Positions 26,330 through 48,773 of a stretch of 64,000 nt of DNA are shown piece by piece. The position numbers were made by a program, and so were the translations under genes. The DNA lies in assembly GCA_964016885.1 (NCBI GenBank), contig OZ024740.1:435302001-435366000 (forward strand), read 5' to 3'. The notes below the pieces were generated by a model, which saw only the letters and a list, made by a program, of their open reading frames with translations, searched no databases and was not told where the DNA came from. Every line of letters begins with the position of its first letter. Position 1 is the first letter of the stretch. Origin of the DNA: Eledone cirrhosa. Its lineage: Eukaryota.

Positions 26330-27127
26330 AGTACTTCTTACTGTTGAGACACAATAGACGTCTGTATAGAGCTAGTAAGACATGATAGACTAGGGGGGAA
26401 GGTATTGAGTACTTCTTACTGTTGAGACACAATAGACGTCTGTATAGAGCTAGTAAGACATGATAGACTAGGGGGGAAGGTATTGAGTACTTCTTACTGT
26501 TGAGACACAACAGACGTCTGTATAGAGCTAGTAAGACATGATAGACTAGGGGGGAAGGTATTGAGTACTTCTTACTGTTGAGACACAATAGACGTCTGTA
26601 TAGAGCTAGTAAGACATGATAGACTAGGAGAGAAGGTATTGAGTACTTCTTACTGTTGAGAAACAATAGACGTCTGTATAGAGCTAGTAAGACATGATAG
26701 ACTAGGGGAGAAGGTATTGAGTACTTCTTACTGTTGAGAAACAATAGACGTCTGTATAGAGCTAGTAAGACATGATAGACTAGGGGGGAAGGTATTGAGT
26801 ACTTCTTACTGTTGAGAAACAATAGACGTCTGTATAGAGCTAGTAAGACATGATAGACTAGGGGGAAGGTATTGAGTACTTCTTACTGTTGAGAAACAAT
26901 AGACGTCTGTATAGAGCTAGTAAGACATGATAGACTAGGGGAGAAGGTATTGAGTACTTCTTACTGTTGAGAAACAATAGACGTCTGTATAGAGCTAGTA
27001 AGACATGACAGACTAGGGGAGAAGGTATTGAGTACTTCTTACTGTTGAGAAACAATAGACGTCTGTATAGAGCTAGTAAGACATGACAGACTAGGGGAGA
27101 AGGTATTGAGTACTTCTTACTGTTGAG
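26330..27127. repeat. 78-bp minisatellite, ~10 copies
   Basis: Unit GAGTACTTCTTACTGTTGAGA(C/A)ACAATAGACGTCTGTATAGAGCTAGTAAGACATGATAGACTAGGGGGGAAGGTATT. Confidence 0.95.
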
Positions 27128-27521
27128 GGGGAAAAAAAGACATAAGTGAATATAAAAATAAACTTTTTTTTAAATTAATTAATTGAAACAGTATTTCATT
27201 AAAAATGCAGTCATGAAAGGGTTAAACATTCTATTGTGATCAACCTTTAACACACTTTTACCAATAGAGTAATCTCCCCTTAATAATAGTGTCAAGGGAG
27301 GCAATTCATAAAAATTCCTAGCATGTTGAAGATTAATTGAAGATAAGGAAGGTCGCAGACATCTTTCTGCTATGGAAGATGAATTGAAGGCTTTTCTGGG
27401 ATCACATCCTCACACAACAGAGTTTACAGAAGAGTGTGATGTCAGCTCTGGAACAATTTCTGAACATTTCAACAAATCAGAAAATTAAAGAAGCTTGAAA
27501 AATAAAAAGTTTAAAGTCTGT

Positions 27522-27955
27522 CTCAAGTCTCATCAGGCCAGTGATTATCCCAGTTTCTGTGGCTTAAAGCAACTGAGAGTACTAGACTCCTTCCTGGATA
27601 GGAGGCTAGTCCATCACAGGGTTAAACTCCCAGCTATTGTTTGGTACTCTCAGCTGAGTATACTGGAGCAACGTGAAATGAAGTGTTTTGCTCAAGAACA
27701 CAACACAACTTACTCCAAGAATCAAACCCATGACATTATGTAAGTCCAACACTTTTACCACTAGGCCACACACCTCCATAGAACACAACACACAACCCAG
27801 TCTAGGAATTGAACCCACGACATTATGATCGTAAGTCCAACACCCTTACCACTAGACCACACACCTCCACAGAACACAACACACAACCCAGTCTAGGAAT
27901 TGAACCCACGACATTATGATCGTAAGTCCAACACCCTTACCACTAGACCACATGG
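27522..27955 (-). mobile_element. tRNA-derived SINE with CORE-like plus V-domain-like body and triplicated head
   Basis: TGGCCTAGTGG A-box, GGTTCAATTCC B-box, GTGTTCTTGAGCAAAACACTT, AACCCTGTGATGGACTAGCCTCCTATCCAGG...CCTGATGAG. Confidence 0.75.
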
Positions 27956-28258
27956 TTCAACACAAATTGAACAAAAACGCAAAAAACCACAATTATGAAG
28001 TCTGCTCTTTGCTTCTTTTGTGCAACAAAAATTATCCATTTCTTGATCACATTGTAACGTGGAGTGGAAAGAAGATCCTATACAACCGATGACATCCAGC
28101 TCAGTTGTTGGAGATGTTAACACTTGCCAAAGAAGAAGTGCACCAAAAGAAGGCTATGGTGACTAGTGCTCCACAGCTGGATTAATCCACTACAGCTGAA
28201 TCCAGGTGAAATGATCGTAACAGATACGTAAGGTCACAAAATCGATGAAATACATTAA

Positions 28259-28489
28259 CCCTTTAGCATTTCAACCAGCCGTATCTGGCCAGAATTCTCT
28301 CACCCCTTTCTGTCAAACCAGCTGTAACCTGCCACTCATACTGATGTTATGGTATTGTTCTCAAAATAAATAACATCAAAATCTCATAGATTCGATATTA
28401 TGTGAGGTAAAGCCTTTACCATGAAAATACAATAGTATATATACAATATATATATAAAAAACAATAGTATATATGTAAATGGTAATGGG
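28259..28489. mobile_element. piggyBac-like MITE with TTAA TSD
   Basis: TTAA|CCCTTTAGCATTT ... AAATGGTAATGGG|TTAA. Confidence 0.75.
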
Positions 28490-28859
28490 TTAAAAATTAC
28501 ATTGTATATTACGTCCAGCATTGACCAGTAGAAAAGGGGTAAACCTCTTGCACAACAATACTCAACCACATATCACACAACATACCAGAAGTTGAATTAG
28601 GTTATGAAAGTCTACCTCATCCAGCATATTCTCCGAATCTTTCACCAACGACTACCTTTTTTTTTTTTTTAAAGCATTTCAACAACTTGTAAGAAAAAGT
28701 CTTCAACAAACAGCCACAGAACTTCAGTATTCTATATCATTGGAATAAATATACTTATATCTTGTTGGCAAAAATGTGTAGATTCTAATGGTTTTTATTT
28801 CAATCAATAAAATCTATTCTGGATTGCCTGCTTTATATTCAACTGAACACACAAGACAC

Positions 28860-30100
28860 TCTTCCTCCTAACATATCACCCCACATGACTTCACCTAACA
28901 GACACACCAACTGTAAAAGTACATCCAGTCTCTTCAAACCAGTAAGGCTACTAGAGGCCCTAACAATATCCTTTTAATAACCCTCAATGTCCCAGAACTA
29001 GTCCCAACATGCATCAAACTTTTCAACCCGTCTATGAGAGAGATACTCTGATACTTGGGAATATGCTGCAGTCTCCGCCATTACCAAGGGAAATCCTTCT
29101 GACTCCAACACCTATCATTTTATTACATTAACTTCTCAACGGTAATGAAGACAGCCATTAACAATGGCCTACAACATCTTGAATCTCTTATTGATCACCA
29201 ATAACAACTTCTATAATGCCACAATATTGATCACCAATAACAACTTCTATAATGCCAGATCAACTGAGGATCTACTCTCTCAAGTCACTCACCTGTGGGT
29301 TCTCACCTTATAGAAATTTAGTCCCCTCAACATCAGTAAAGCTTTCAACTGTGTCTGGCATGTGAATCTCCTTTCAAAACTGCCCATATATGGACTTCAT
29401 CCACCTGTCATCTTTTAGACTAGTAGCTTCCTATCAGACGCTGATTATAGCAGCTTGTGCTCTCTGTCTTCCACTATTACCTCTGCTGTGACCCTAGGAT
29501 TTAGTTGTCCCCCACCCTCTTCCTTCTCTACATCAATGAACTACTAGCAGCCATCCCACCCAAAAAGCCCACTCTTATAAAGATGAGACCACCTTTCATA
29601 GACCCCTAACCTTCCCCAACCAAGTTCCATCTACATGCAATTCTAACACCGCACACCAAGCCTACACTGATTCCATAAACACTGACCAGAAAAGCATCTT
29701 CCAATAGTCATGCCAACCTTATCTCTTAGAAACAAACATCATTCATCTCAAAATATCTTTGTATCCTGATCTTATCCATCACCCTTAGGTAAGACAGCCA
29801 GCACAACTTCATCACAACAATCTTTGTTTCCCCCCATCAGGGTTTGTAGTAGGTCTTGTCAATTCCAGTGTCTCTTGCTATGGTATCCTGGTATCTGAAC
29901 TTTCTGGTAGAGGGGATCTCCCACAACCAGAGGTCAAGTCTAAAACCAGGTCATCTTTTGCACAGAAGCAAACGTTGTGTGATGGTCAATCAGTTGTGCA
30001 CATCTTCATACCTTATCTTCCTTAAGCATGCCAAGCACAATTCAAGCCACGTCATCACTCCAAATTCTAGACCTTGCAATCAGCAAGGATTTCTAATGTA
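28860..30100 (+). mobile_element. Highly degraded CR1-group/Jockey-like LINE RT
   Basis: Remnants LNISKAFNCVWHVNLLSKLPIYG and SPTLFLLYINEL. Confidence 0.65.
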
Positions 30101-30270
30101 GAACACATATTCTCAACATAGAACCACATCTTACTGGTTACATGTACTACCTACATAACTATACTAAAACTGAGAGAAACTCTGGATATTCCACAAACAG
30201 TTTGACACAGCAAATGTCAGACACACATGTACACATCCTAAAACATATATATATATATATATATATATAC

Positions 30271-32239
30271 ATCCGTGGCTACCGTCTATCTTTATTGCCC
30301 TGCACTTTGTTATACAGCTGTCGTCTTTCATGCGCATCACGTGACCATACCAACGTAGCCTTCTCTCGAGTAAACAACATCTAATCCCTCTTATTTCTAA
30401 TTTTTTCCTTAGTTCGTTTATGCTTTGCCGTTCGCGTATATTACTATTACACATCCAGCGGAGCATGCAAGCTTCGTTCCTCTCTAGTCTGCGTATATCC
30501 TCTGCACACAATGCCCAGGTCTCACTGCCATGCAACATTGCTGTTCGTATGCAGGCATCGTACAGCCTGCCTTTCATTTTTAGGGAGAACCCTTTAGTGG
30601 CTAATAGTGGTATAAGCTCTCTGAACTTTTTCCACCCAGTTCTGACTCTAGCTACTGTACTTTCAGAGCACCCTCTCCCACTGCTGATTTTGTCACCCAG
30701 GTAACGGAAGCTGTCCACTATTTCTATAGAACCCTCTGCACAGTTGAAAGAGCTAGTATTTTGTGGGCACTTGCTGCTACTTATTGCCCCAGAACACCGG
30801 CCACATGTAAAATCTATGTTCTTAGTTAGCTTACCTGTGATCCCACTACATCTTTGATGCACCCAAACTTTGCATTTGGGACACAAAATGGAATTTCTAC
30901 CTACGCCTTTCCTACACTCTGCGCATGGCCACTTCCCGGAGGGGACCGCCGCCTTATTTTCTTTCTTACAAACTAGAACTTTAGTCTTAGCCAGGTTAAT
31001 TTTAAGGCCTTTTGATTCTAGGCCGTGCTTCCATGTTTGGAATTTCTTCTCTAGCTCGGCCATTGATACAGCTATGAGCGTTAGATCATCTGCGTATAGG
31101 AGTTCCCATGGGCAGCCGGTCTTGAACTCCACTGTTATAGCCTGGAGGGCAATAATAAATAGTAGGGGGCTAATAACAGAGCCCTGATGAACACCAACTT
31201 TTACACTAAACTCTTCACTATATTCGTTGTTAATTCTAACCTTGCTGACTGTTTCTTTATACATGGCTTGTATAGCTCTCACAAGCCATTCATCAACACC
31301 TAGTTTTCTAAGAGCCCACCAGATAATGGACCGGGGGACTCTGTCGAAGGCCTTCTCCAAGTCGACGAAAGCTAAGTATAGGGGTTTACTTTTAGCTAGG
31401 TACTTCTGTAGTTGTCGTACAATGAAAAGAGCGTCTGTGGTACTTTTTCCTGACACAAACCCGAACTGCATTTCATCTAGATCAATTCGCTCTCTGATTA
31501 GTTGCGCTATTACTTTTTCCGTGACCTTCATGACATGGTCGATTAATTTAATGCCTCTATAGTTACTCCTATCTAGGGCATCTCCTTTACCCTTATAACA
31601 GTTAACGATAATGCTGCTACGGCAGTCCTTCGGAACAACCCCATTCTGTATGACTTGGTTGACTATCCGGGTGACCATGGTGTGTCCCACCGTACCAGAT
31701 GCCTTCAGCATCTCGGCAACTATTTCCGAAGGCCCAGCCGCCTTGCCTGTCTTCATATCTTTGATTGCCTTACTTATTATACTACCTTCGACTAACACTG
31801 CTGGTCCCTCTATTGGGTCTATGTGGGGGAGACTGTCTTTCTCCCATTTATTCTCCTCATTTAATAGCCTTTCATAGTGACTCTTCCAAGCTACCTTCTT
31901 ATCGGCGTCGGTGATGGCAAGTACGCCGTCATCGTTAAGTACACACTTCTCCCCGACAATATCACTGTTTTCCTTGACACGTTGCCTAGCAATCCTGAAC
32001 ACCTCACGTTTTTGGTCCTCACGTTATAGAACATGCTTGAACTTTCTTTCCTCTGCTTCCCTTCTTGCGAAGTACACTTGTCTCCTAGCTTCCCTCCTGG
32101 CCACTTGATAGTCTTCTCTGCTTCCCCCATCCCGCCATACTTTCCAAGCCTGCTTTTTGGCCTTAATTGACACCTCCACCTTACTGTTCCACCACCATGT
32201 TACTCTCCTCCTGCCTACAGGCCTGCTCCAGCCACAGAC
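30271..32239 (-). mobile_element. RTE LINE family A internal fragment (RT plus PHD), truncated at both ends by (TA)n
   Basis: 612-aa ORF with [19 protein letters not shown]; near-identical to the other family A copies. Confidence 0.93.
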
Positions 32240-32267
32240 ATATATATATATATATATATACATACAT

Positions 32268-35200
32268 ATGTATTTTTTAATTGTTAGATACGAAAGTTTT
32301 TGGTCGTATTGAACAGAACAAATTTTGTATTTTTGTTAATCGCTTGTTAAATGTGCAAGGACCCCATTCAATCATTACCTCCTATCAACCTCAATTCCTA
32401 ATTCTAGCGTATTTTCAAAACAAAAAACAAAATCCTTTCCTTCTTCCTTCTTTCGAAACTCCCGCTTACTCAACCCCCCCACCCGCTACTTCGAAGGCAT
32501 GGCGGTCAAACGCCTAACACACACAACCATCATGCGCCCCCCCCCCCCCTCTCTCTCTCTCTATATATATATATATATGATAGGAATTCACTTCGCCAAA
32601 TTTCATTGCTTTGCTGTCTACCCGACGATATTCATGTAACGTAATGTACATATTTTCCTTCATCTCAACCTCCACACTCCATATTTCGTATCAAGTCCAA
32701 ATAGCCAATCTATCGCTAAAACAATCTACATTTTTTGTATTTTTTAATTGTTAGATACGAAAGTTTTTGGTCGTATTGAACAGAACAAATTTTGTATTTT
32801 TGTTAATCGCTTGTTAAATGTGCAAGGACCCCATTCAATCATTACCTCCTATCTAGCTACCCAACACCCCTCCCTCCCGCCCCCACGCACCACCACTGCT
32901 ATTACGTGGACCAATCATAAGCCAGAGCCCCCACGCATCACCAGTATTATTACGCGGACCAATCAGAAGCCAGAGGCCTATACTATCGCTTGCCTGGTTG
33001 CCTTTCGATATATGATGGATGGATGGACTGCGGAATCCTGGAGAGTGGAGGAGAGAGAGAGAAAAATCTGGACGCTCAGCGACAATGCCAAAGATAAAGA
33101 CAAATTCACCTCTTGGATGAGAATGCGAGCACTCCTCATTGTTTCGACCGCGGACGGCTAACATAACCCCCCCCCCCAACCCCCAAACCAAATCTTCAGA
33201 GTTGGTACCATAAATGTAGGCACCCTAAAGGGTCGCACTAACGAGGTTGTAGAAATGCTTGAACGTAAGGAGGTCGATGTTTGTTGTATTCAAGAGACCA
33301 GATGGAGGGGAGGGTCTGCTAGGTTCATTGAGGGTAAAAATCGATGTTATAAGCTTTTCTGGGTGGGAAACGACGATGGGCTGGGTGGAGTAGGAATCAT
33401 GGTAGCAGAAAAGTGGGCAGATAAGATAATAGACGTAAATAGAGTGAACGACAGAATAATTAAAATACGACTTGTCCTCAATAGAACTACGGTGACAGTA
33501 ATATCTGCGTACGCACCCCAATCCGGACTGCCCGGCACTATAAAAGACAGATTCTATGAGACACTGATGCTAACTACCTCCCAAATATCCAACAGTGACT
33601 ATATAATTATTGCAGGCGACCTAAATGGTCACGTTGGACAACATTGTGACGGCTACGACGAAATCCATGGAGGCTATGGGTTTGGTACTAGAAATGAGGA
33701 AGGCTCCAGAATCCTGGAATTCTGTGATGCAAATAACCTAACTATCTGTAACACTAACTTCAAAAAACGTGACAATCACCTGATCACCTATAGATCTGGG
33801 GAACACACAAGCCAGGTAGATTATATCCTTACCATAAGACGTGACAGAGTGTCTGTTGTAAACACTAAATCCCTCCCCCATGAAGAATGCACCTCCCAAC
33901 AGACTGATAATTAGCGACCTCATAGTCAGGACGAGACGTACTCGACAGCAGAAGAGGACTATCCTCAGGAGAAAAATATGGAAGCTAAAGGACCCCACAG
34001 CCAGGAATAAATTTCAAAGCACATTACTTGATGCTTTCGACAGTAAGGAAGAACATTTAGAGTCGGACAATATAGAGGGAGAGTGGGAATTTCTGAAAGC
34101 AAACCTGCTGTTGGCGACAGACGAAGTCTGTGGCTGGAGCAGGCCTGTAGGCAGGAGGAGAGTAACATGGTGGTGGAACAGTAAGGTGGAGGGGTCAATT
34201 AAGGCCAAAAAGCAGGCTTGGAAAGTATGGCGGGATGGGGGAAGTAGAGAAGACTATCAAGTGGCCAGGAGGGAAGCTAGGAGACAAGTGTACTTAGCAA
34301 GAAGGGAAGCTGAGGAAAGAAAGTTCAAGCATGTTCTACAACGCGATGACCAAAAACGTGAGGTGTTCAGGATTGCTAGGCAATGCGTCAAGGAAAACCG
34401 TGATATTGTCGGGGAGAAGTGTGTACTAAACGACGATGGCACACTTGCCATCACCGACGCTGATAAAAAGGTAGCTTGGAAGTGTCACTATGAAAGGCTA
34501 CTAAATGAGGAGAATAAATGGGAGAAAGACAGTCTCCCCCATATCGACCCAATAGAGAGACCAGCAGTGTTAGTCGAGGGGAGTATAATAAGTAAGGCAA
34601 TCAAGGATATGAAGACGGGTAAGGCGGCTGGGCCTTCGGAAATAGTTGCTGAGATGCTGAAGGCATCTGGCACAGTGGGACACACCATGGTCACCCGCAT
34701 AGTTAACCAAGTCGTACAGAATGGGGTTGTTCCGAAGGACTGGCATAGCAGCATCATCGTTAACTGTTATAAGGGTAAAGGAGATGCCCTAGATAGGAGT
34801 AACTATAGAGGCATTAAATTAATCAACCAGGTCATGAAGGTCACGGAAAAAGTAATAGCGCAACTAATCAGAGAGAGAATTGACCTAGATGAAATGCAGT
34901 TCGGGTTTGTGTCAAGCAAAAGTACCACAGACGCTCTTTTCATAATACGACAACTACAGGAGAAGTACCTAGCTAAAGGTAAACCCTCTACTTAGCTTTT
35001 GTCGACTTGGAGAAAGCCTTCGACAGAGTCCCCCGCTCCATTATCTGGTGGGCTCTTAGAAAACTAGGCGTTGACGAATGGCTTGTGAGGGCTATACAAG
35101 CCATGTATAAAGAAACAGTCAGCAAGGTTAGAATTAACAACGAATATAGTGAAGAGTTTAGCGTAAAAGTTGGCGTCCATCAGGGCTCTGTTCTCAGCAC

Positions 35201-36610
35201 CCTACTATTTATTATTGCCCTTCAGGCTATAATAGAGGAGTTCAAGACAGGCTGCCCATGGGAACTCCTATACGCAGACGACCTGACACTCATAGCGGAA
35301 TCAATGGCCGAGCTAGAGAAGAAATTCTAAACATGGAAGCACGGCCTAGAGTCAAAAGGACTTAAAATTAACCTGGCTAAGACCAAAGTACTAGTTTGTA
35401 GGAAAGAAAACAAGGCGGCGGTCCCTTCTGGGAAATGGTCGTGCTCGGTGTGTAGGAAAGGCGTAGGTAGAAACTCCATTTTATGTCCTAAATGCAAAGT
35501 ATGGGTGCATAAAAGATGTAGTGGGATCACAGGTAAGCTAACTAAGAACATAGATTTTACATGTGGCCGGTGCTCTGGTGCAATAAGTAGCAGCAAGTGC
35601 CCACAAAATACTAGCTCTTTCAATTGCGCAGAGGGTACTATAGAAATAGTGGACAGCTTCCGTTACCTGGGCGATAAAATCAGCAGTTGGGGAGGGTGCT
35701 CTGAAAGTACTGTAGCTAGAGTCAGAACTGGTTGGAAAAAGTTCAGAGAGCTTATACCACGATTAGCTGCTAAAGGGTTCTCACTAAAAATGAAAGGCAG
35801 GTTGTACGATGCCTGCATGGCAGTGAGACCTGGGCATTGTGTGCAGAGGATATACGCAGACTAGAGAGGAACGAAGCTTGCATGCTCCGCTGGATGTGTA
35901 ACAGTAATATACGTGAACGGCAAAGCATAAACGAACTAAGGAAAAAATTAGAGATAAGAGGGATCAGATGTTGTTTACTCGAGAGAAGGCTACGTTGGTA
36001 TGGACACGTGATGCGCATGAAAGTCGATAGCTGTATAACAAAGTGCAGGGCAATAAAGATAGACGGTAGTAACGGAATAGGCAGACCTAGAAAAACCTGG
36101 GACGAGCTGATAAACTCCGAAATCACACACTTACACCTCTCCAAGACAATGTCACTGGACCGAGACCTTTGGCGGTACTCAGTAACAGAGAAGACCCGCC
36201 TTACCTAAATATATAGTAAAACCTACTCCAGCCAGTAGGCATCTCTAACAAAATACACCCCGTCCCACCACCACCACCCCCACCCCATCCACACCACCCC
36301 GTTCTATGTAAAGTTATGTTGGTGCCGCGCCATCCAGGCCGAAACAAAGGAGATCGTGTAGGTGTCACGACAAAAAAACACACAGTCCACGCTGTAATGT
36401 GGCCGTGTAGGCAACACGGTAAAAACCTCCCAGACCCACACTGTAAATGTGGTTGGTGTTAGGAAGGGCATCCAACTGTAGAAAACCTGCCAGACAGTCC
36501 TATGCGAGCAAGACAATCACTCTTGCCTCAACTGGGACTACCCCCGTCCAAACCCATGCAAGCGTGGAACACGGACGTTAGACGTTGATGATGATGATGA
36601 TGATGATGAT
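32268..36610 (+). mobile_element. RTE LINE family A near-full-length copy (APE-RT-PHD), disabled
   Basis: Coding ~33162-36208: [28 protein letters not shown]; frameshifts at ~33899, ~34981 and ~35817, stop at 35328-35330; 3' UTR and (GAT)n tail. Confidence 0.95.
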
Positions 36611-36792
36611 ATACATACATACATATACATACATACATACATATACATACATATATCTATATATATACATATATATACATATATATACATATATGCATAT
36701 ACATATATATACATATATATACATATATACATATACATACATATATATATATACATATACACATATATACATATATATATATATACATATAC

Positions 36793-36877
<85 letters not shown>

Positions 36878-36878
<1 letters not shown>

Positions 36879-39800
36879 CATCATCATCATCATCAACGTT
36901 TAACGTCCGTGTTCCACGCTTGCATGGGTTTGGACGGGGGTAGTCCCACTTGAGGCAAGAGTGATTGTCTTGCTCGCATAGGACTGTCTGGCAGGTTTTC
37001 TACAGTTGGATGCCCTTCCTAACACCAACCACATTTACAGTGTGGGTCTGGGAGGTTTTTACCGTGTTGCCTACACGGCCACATTACAGCGTGGACTGTG
37101 TGTTTTTTTGTCGTGACACCTACACGATCTCATTTGTTTCGGCCTCGATGGCGCGGCACCAACATAACTTTACATAGAACGGGGTGGTGTGGATCGGGTG
37201 GGGGTGGGGGTGGTGGGACGGGGTGTATTTTGTTAGAGATGCCTACTGGCTGGAGTAGGTTTTACTATATATTTAGGTAAGGCGGGTCTTCTCTGTTACT
37301 GAGTACCGCCAAAGGTCTCGGTCCAGTGACATTGTCTTGGAGAGGTGTAAGTGTGTGATGTCGGAGTTTATCAGCTCGTCCCAGGTTTTTCTAGGTCTGC
37401 CTATTCCGTGACTACCGTCTATCTTTATTGCCCTACACTTTGTTATACAGCTATCGACTTTCATGCGCATCACGTGTCCATACCAACGTAGCCTTCTCTC
37501 GAGTAAACAACATCTGATCCCTCTTATCTCTAATTTATTCCTTAGTTCGTTTATGCTTTGCCGTTCACGTATATTACTGTTACACATCCAGCGGAGCATG
37601 CAAGCTTCGTTCCTCTCTAGTCTGCGTATATCCTCTGCACACAATGCCCAGGTCTCACTGCCATGCAGCATTGCTGTTCGTATGCAGGCATCGTACAACC
37701 TGCCTTTCATTTTTAGTGAGAACCCTTTAGCAGCTAATAGTGGTATAAGCTCTCTGAACTTTTTCCAACCAGTTCTGACTCTAGCTACAGTACTTTCAGA
37801 GCACCCTCCCCCACTGCTGATTTTATCGCCCAGGTAACGGAAGCTGTCCACTATTTCTATAGAACCCTCTGCGCAATTGAAAGAGCTAGTAGTTTGTGGG
37901 CACTTGCTGCTACTTATTGCACCAGAGCACCGGCCACATGTAAAATCTATGTTCTTAGTTAGCTTACCTGTGATCCCACTACATCTTTTATGCACCCATA
38001 CTTTGCATTTAGGACATAAAATGGAGTTTCTACCTACGCCTTTCCTACACACCGAGCACGACCATTTCCCCGAAGGGACCGCCGCCTTGTTTTCTTTCCT
38101 ACAAACTAGTACTTTGGTCTTAGCCAGGTTAATTTTAAGTCCTTTTGACTCTAGGCCGTGCTTCCATGTTTGGAATTTCTTCTCTAGCTCGGCCATTGAT
38201 TCCGCTATGAGTGTCAGGTCGTCTGCGTATAGGAGTTCCCATGGGCAGCCTGTCTTGAACTCCTCTGTTATAGCCTGAAGGGCAATAATAAATAGTAGTG
38301 GACTGAGAACAGAGCCCTGATGGACGCCGACTTTTACGCTAAACTCTTCACTATATTCGTTGTTAATTCTAACCTTGCTGACTGTTTCTTTATACATGGC
38401 TTGTATAGCCCTCACAAGCCATTCGTCAACGCCTAGTTTTCTAAGAGCCCACCAGATAATGGAGCGGGGGACTCTGTCGAAGGCTTTCTCCAAGTCGACA
38501 AAAGCTAAGTAGAGGGGTTTACCTTTAGCTAGGTACTTCTCCTGTAGTTGTCGTACTATGAAAAGAGCGTCTGTGGTACTTTTGCCTGACACAAACCCGA
38601 ACTGCATTTCATCTAGGTCAATTCTCTCTCTGATTAGTTGCGCTATTACTCTTTCCGTGACCTTCATGACCTGGTCGATTAATTTAATGCCTCTATAGTT
38701 ACTCCTATCTAGGGCGTCTCCTTTACCCTTATAACAGTTAACGATGATGCTGCTATGCCAGTCCTTCGGAACAACCCCGTTCTGTACGACTTGGTTAACT
38801 ATGCGGGTGACCATGGTGTGTCCCACCGTGCCAGATGCCTTCAGCATCTCAGCAACTATTTCCGAAGGCCCAGCCGCCTTACCAGTCTTCATATCCTTGA
38901 TTGCCTTACTTATTATACTCCCCTCGACTAACACTGCTGGTCCCTCTATTGGGTCGATATGGGGGAGACTGCCTTTCTCCCAATTATTCTCCTCATTTAG
39001 AAGCCTTTCATAGTGACACTTCCAAGCTACCTTCTTATCAGCGTCGGTGATGGCAAGTGTGCCATCGTCGTTTAGTACACACTTCTCCCCGACAATATCA
39101 CGGTTTTCCTTGACGCATTGCCTAGCAATCCTGAACACCTCACGTTTTTGGTCATCGCGTTGTAGAACATGCTTGAACTTTCTTTCCTCAGCTTCCCTTC
39201 TTGCTAAGTACACTTGTCTCCTAGCTTCCCTCCTGGCCACTTGATAGTCCTCTCTACTTCCCCCATCCCGCCATACTTTCCAAGCCTGCTTTTTGGCCTT
39301 AATTGACCCCTCCACCTTACTGTTCCACCACCATGTTACTCTCCTCCTGCCTACAGGCCTGCTCCAGCCACAGACCTCGTCTGTCGCCAACAGCAGGTTT
39401 GCTTTCAGAAATTCCCACTCTCCCTCTATATTGTCCGACTCTAAATGTTCTTCCTTACTGTCGAAAGCATCAAGTAATGTGCTTTGAAATTTATTCCTGG
39501 CTGTGGGGTCCTTTAGCTTCCATATTTTTCTCCTGAGGATAGTCCTCTTCTGCTGTCGAGTACGTCTCGTCCTGACTATGAGGTCGCTAATTATCAGTCT
39601 ATGTTGGGAGGTGCATTCTTCATGGGGGAGGGATTTAGTGTTAACAACAGACACTCTGTCACGTCTTCTGGTAAGGATATAATCTACCTGGCTTGTGTGT
39701 TCCCCGGATCTATAGGTGATCAGGTGATTGTCACGTTTTTTGAAGTTAGTGTTACAGATGGTTAGGTTATTTGCATCACAGAATTCCAGGATTCTGGAGC

Positions 39801-39989
39801 CTTCCTCATTTCTAGTACCAAACCCATAGCCTCCATGGATTTCGTCGTAGCCGTCACAATGTTGTCCAACGTGACCATTTAGGTCGCCTGCGATAATTAT
39901 ATAGTCACTGTCGGATATTTGGGAGGTAGTTAGCATCAGTGTCTCATAGAATCTGTCTTTTATAGTGCCGGGCAGTCCGGATTGGGGTG
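36878..39989 (-). mobile_element. RTE LINE family A 5'-truncated copy with an uninterrupted ORF (37273-39986)
   Basis: Open frame from PQSGLPG to EKTRLT*; 3' UTR and (GAT)n tail at ~36878-36895. Confidence 0.95.

Positions 39990-48773
<8,784 letters not shown>

Larger units (their letters stand above)
27290..28815 (+). mobile_element. Old degraded mariner transposase interrupted by a SINE and a MITE
   Basis: EDKEGRR, FLDHIVT and LPHPAYSPNLSPT remnants in the expected order. Confidence 0.7.

Noticed and set aside
26330-27127. Ribozyme-containing satellite or 26-aa repeat CDS
   Set aside because: CTGTTGA-GAAAC lacks the CUGANGA core and stem II; a 1-bp deletion breaks the frame
32748-33161. 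Separate ORF1 of RTE family A
   Set aside because: Short, with a non-ATG start in the track, and not visibly conserved with the family B leader; probably UTR or an N-terminal extension shifted by the poly-C run
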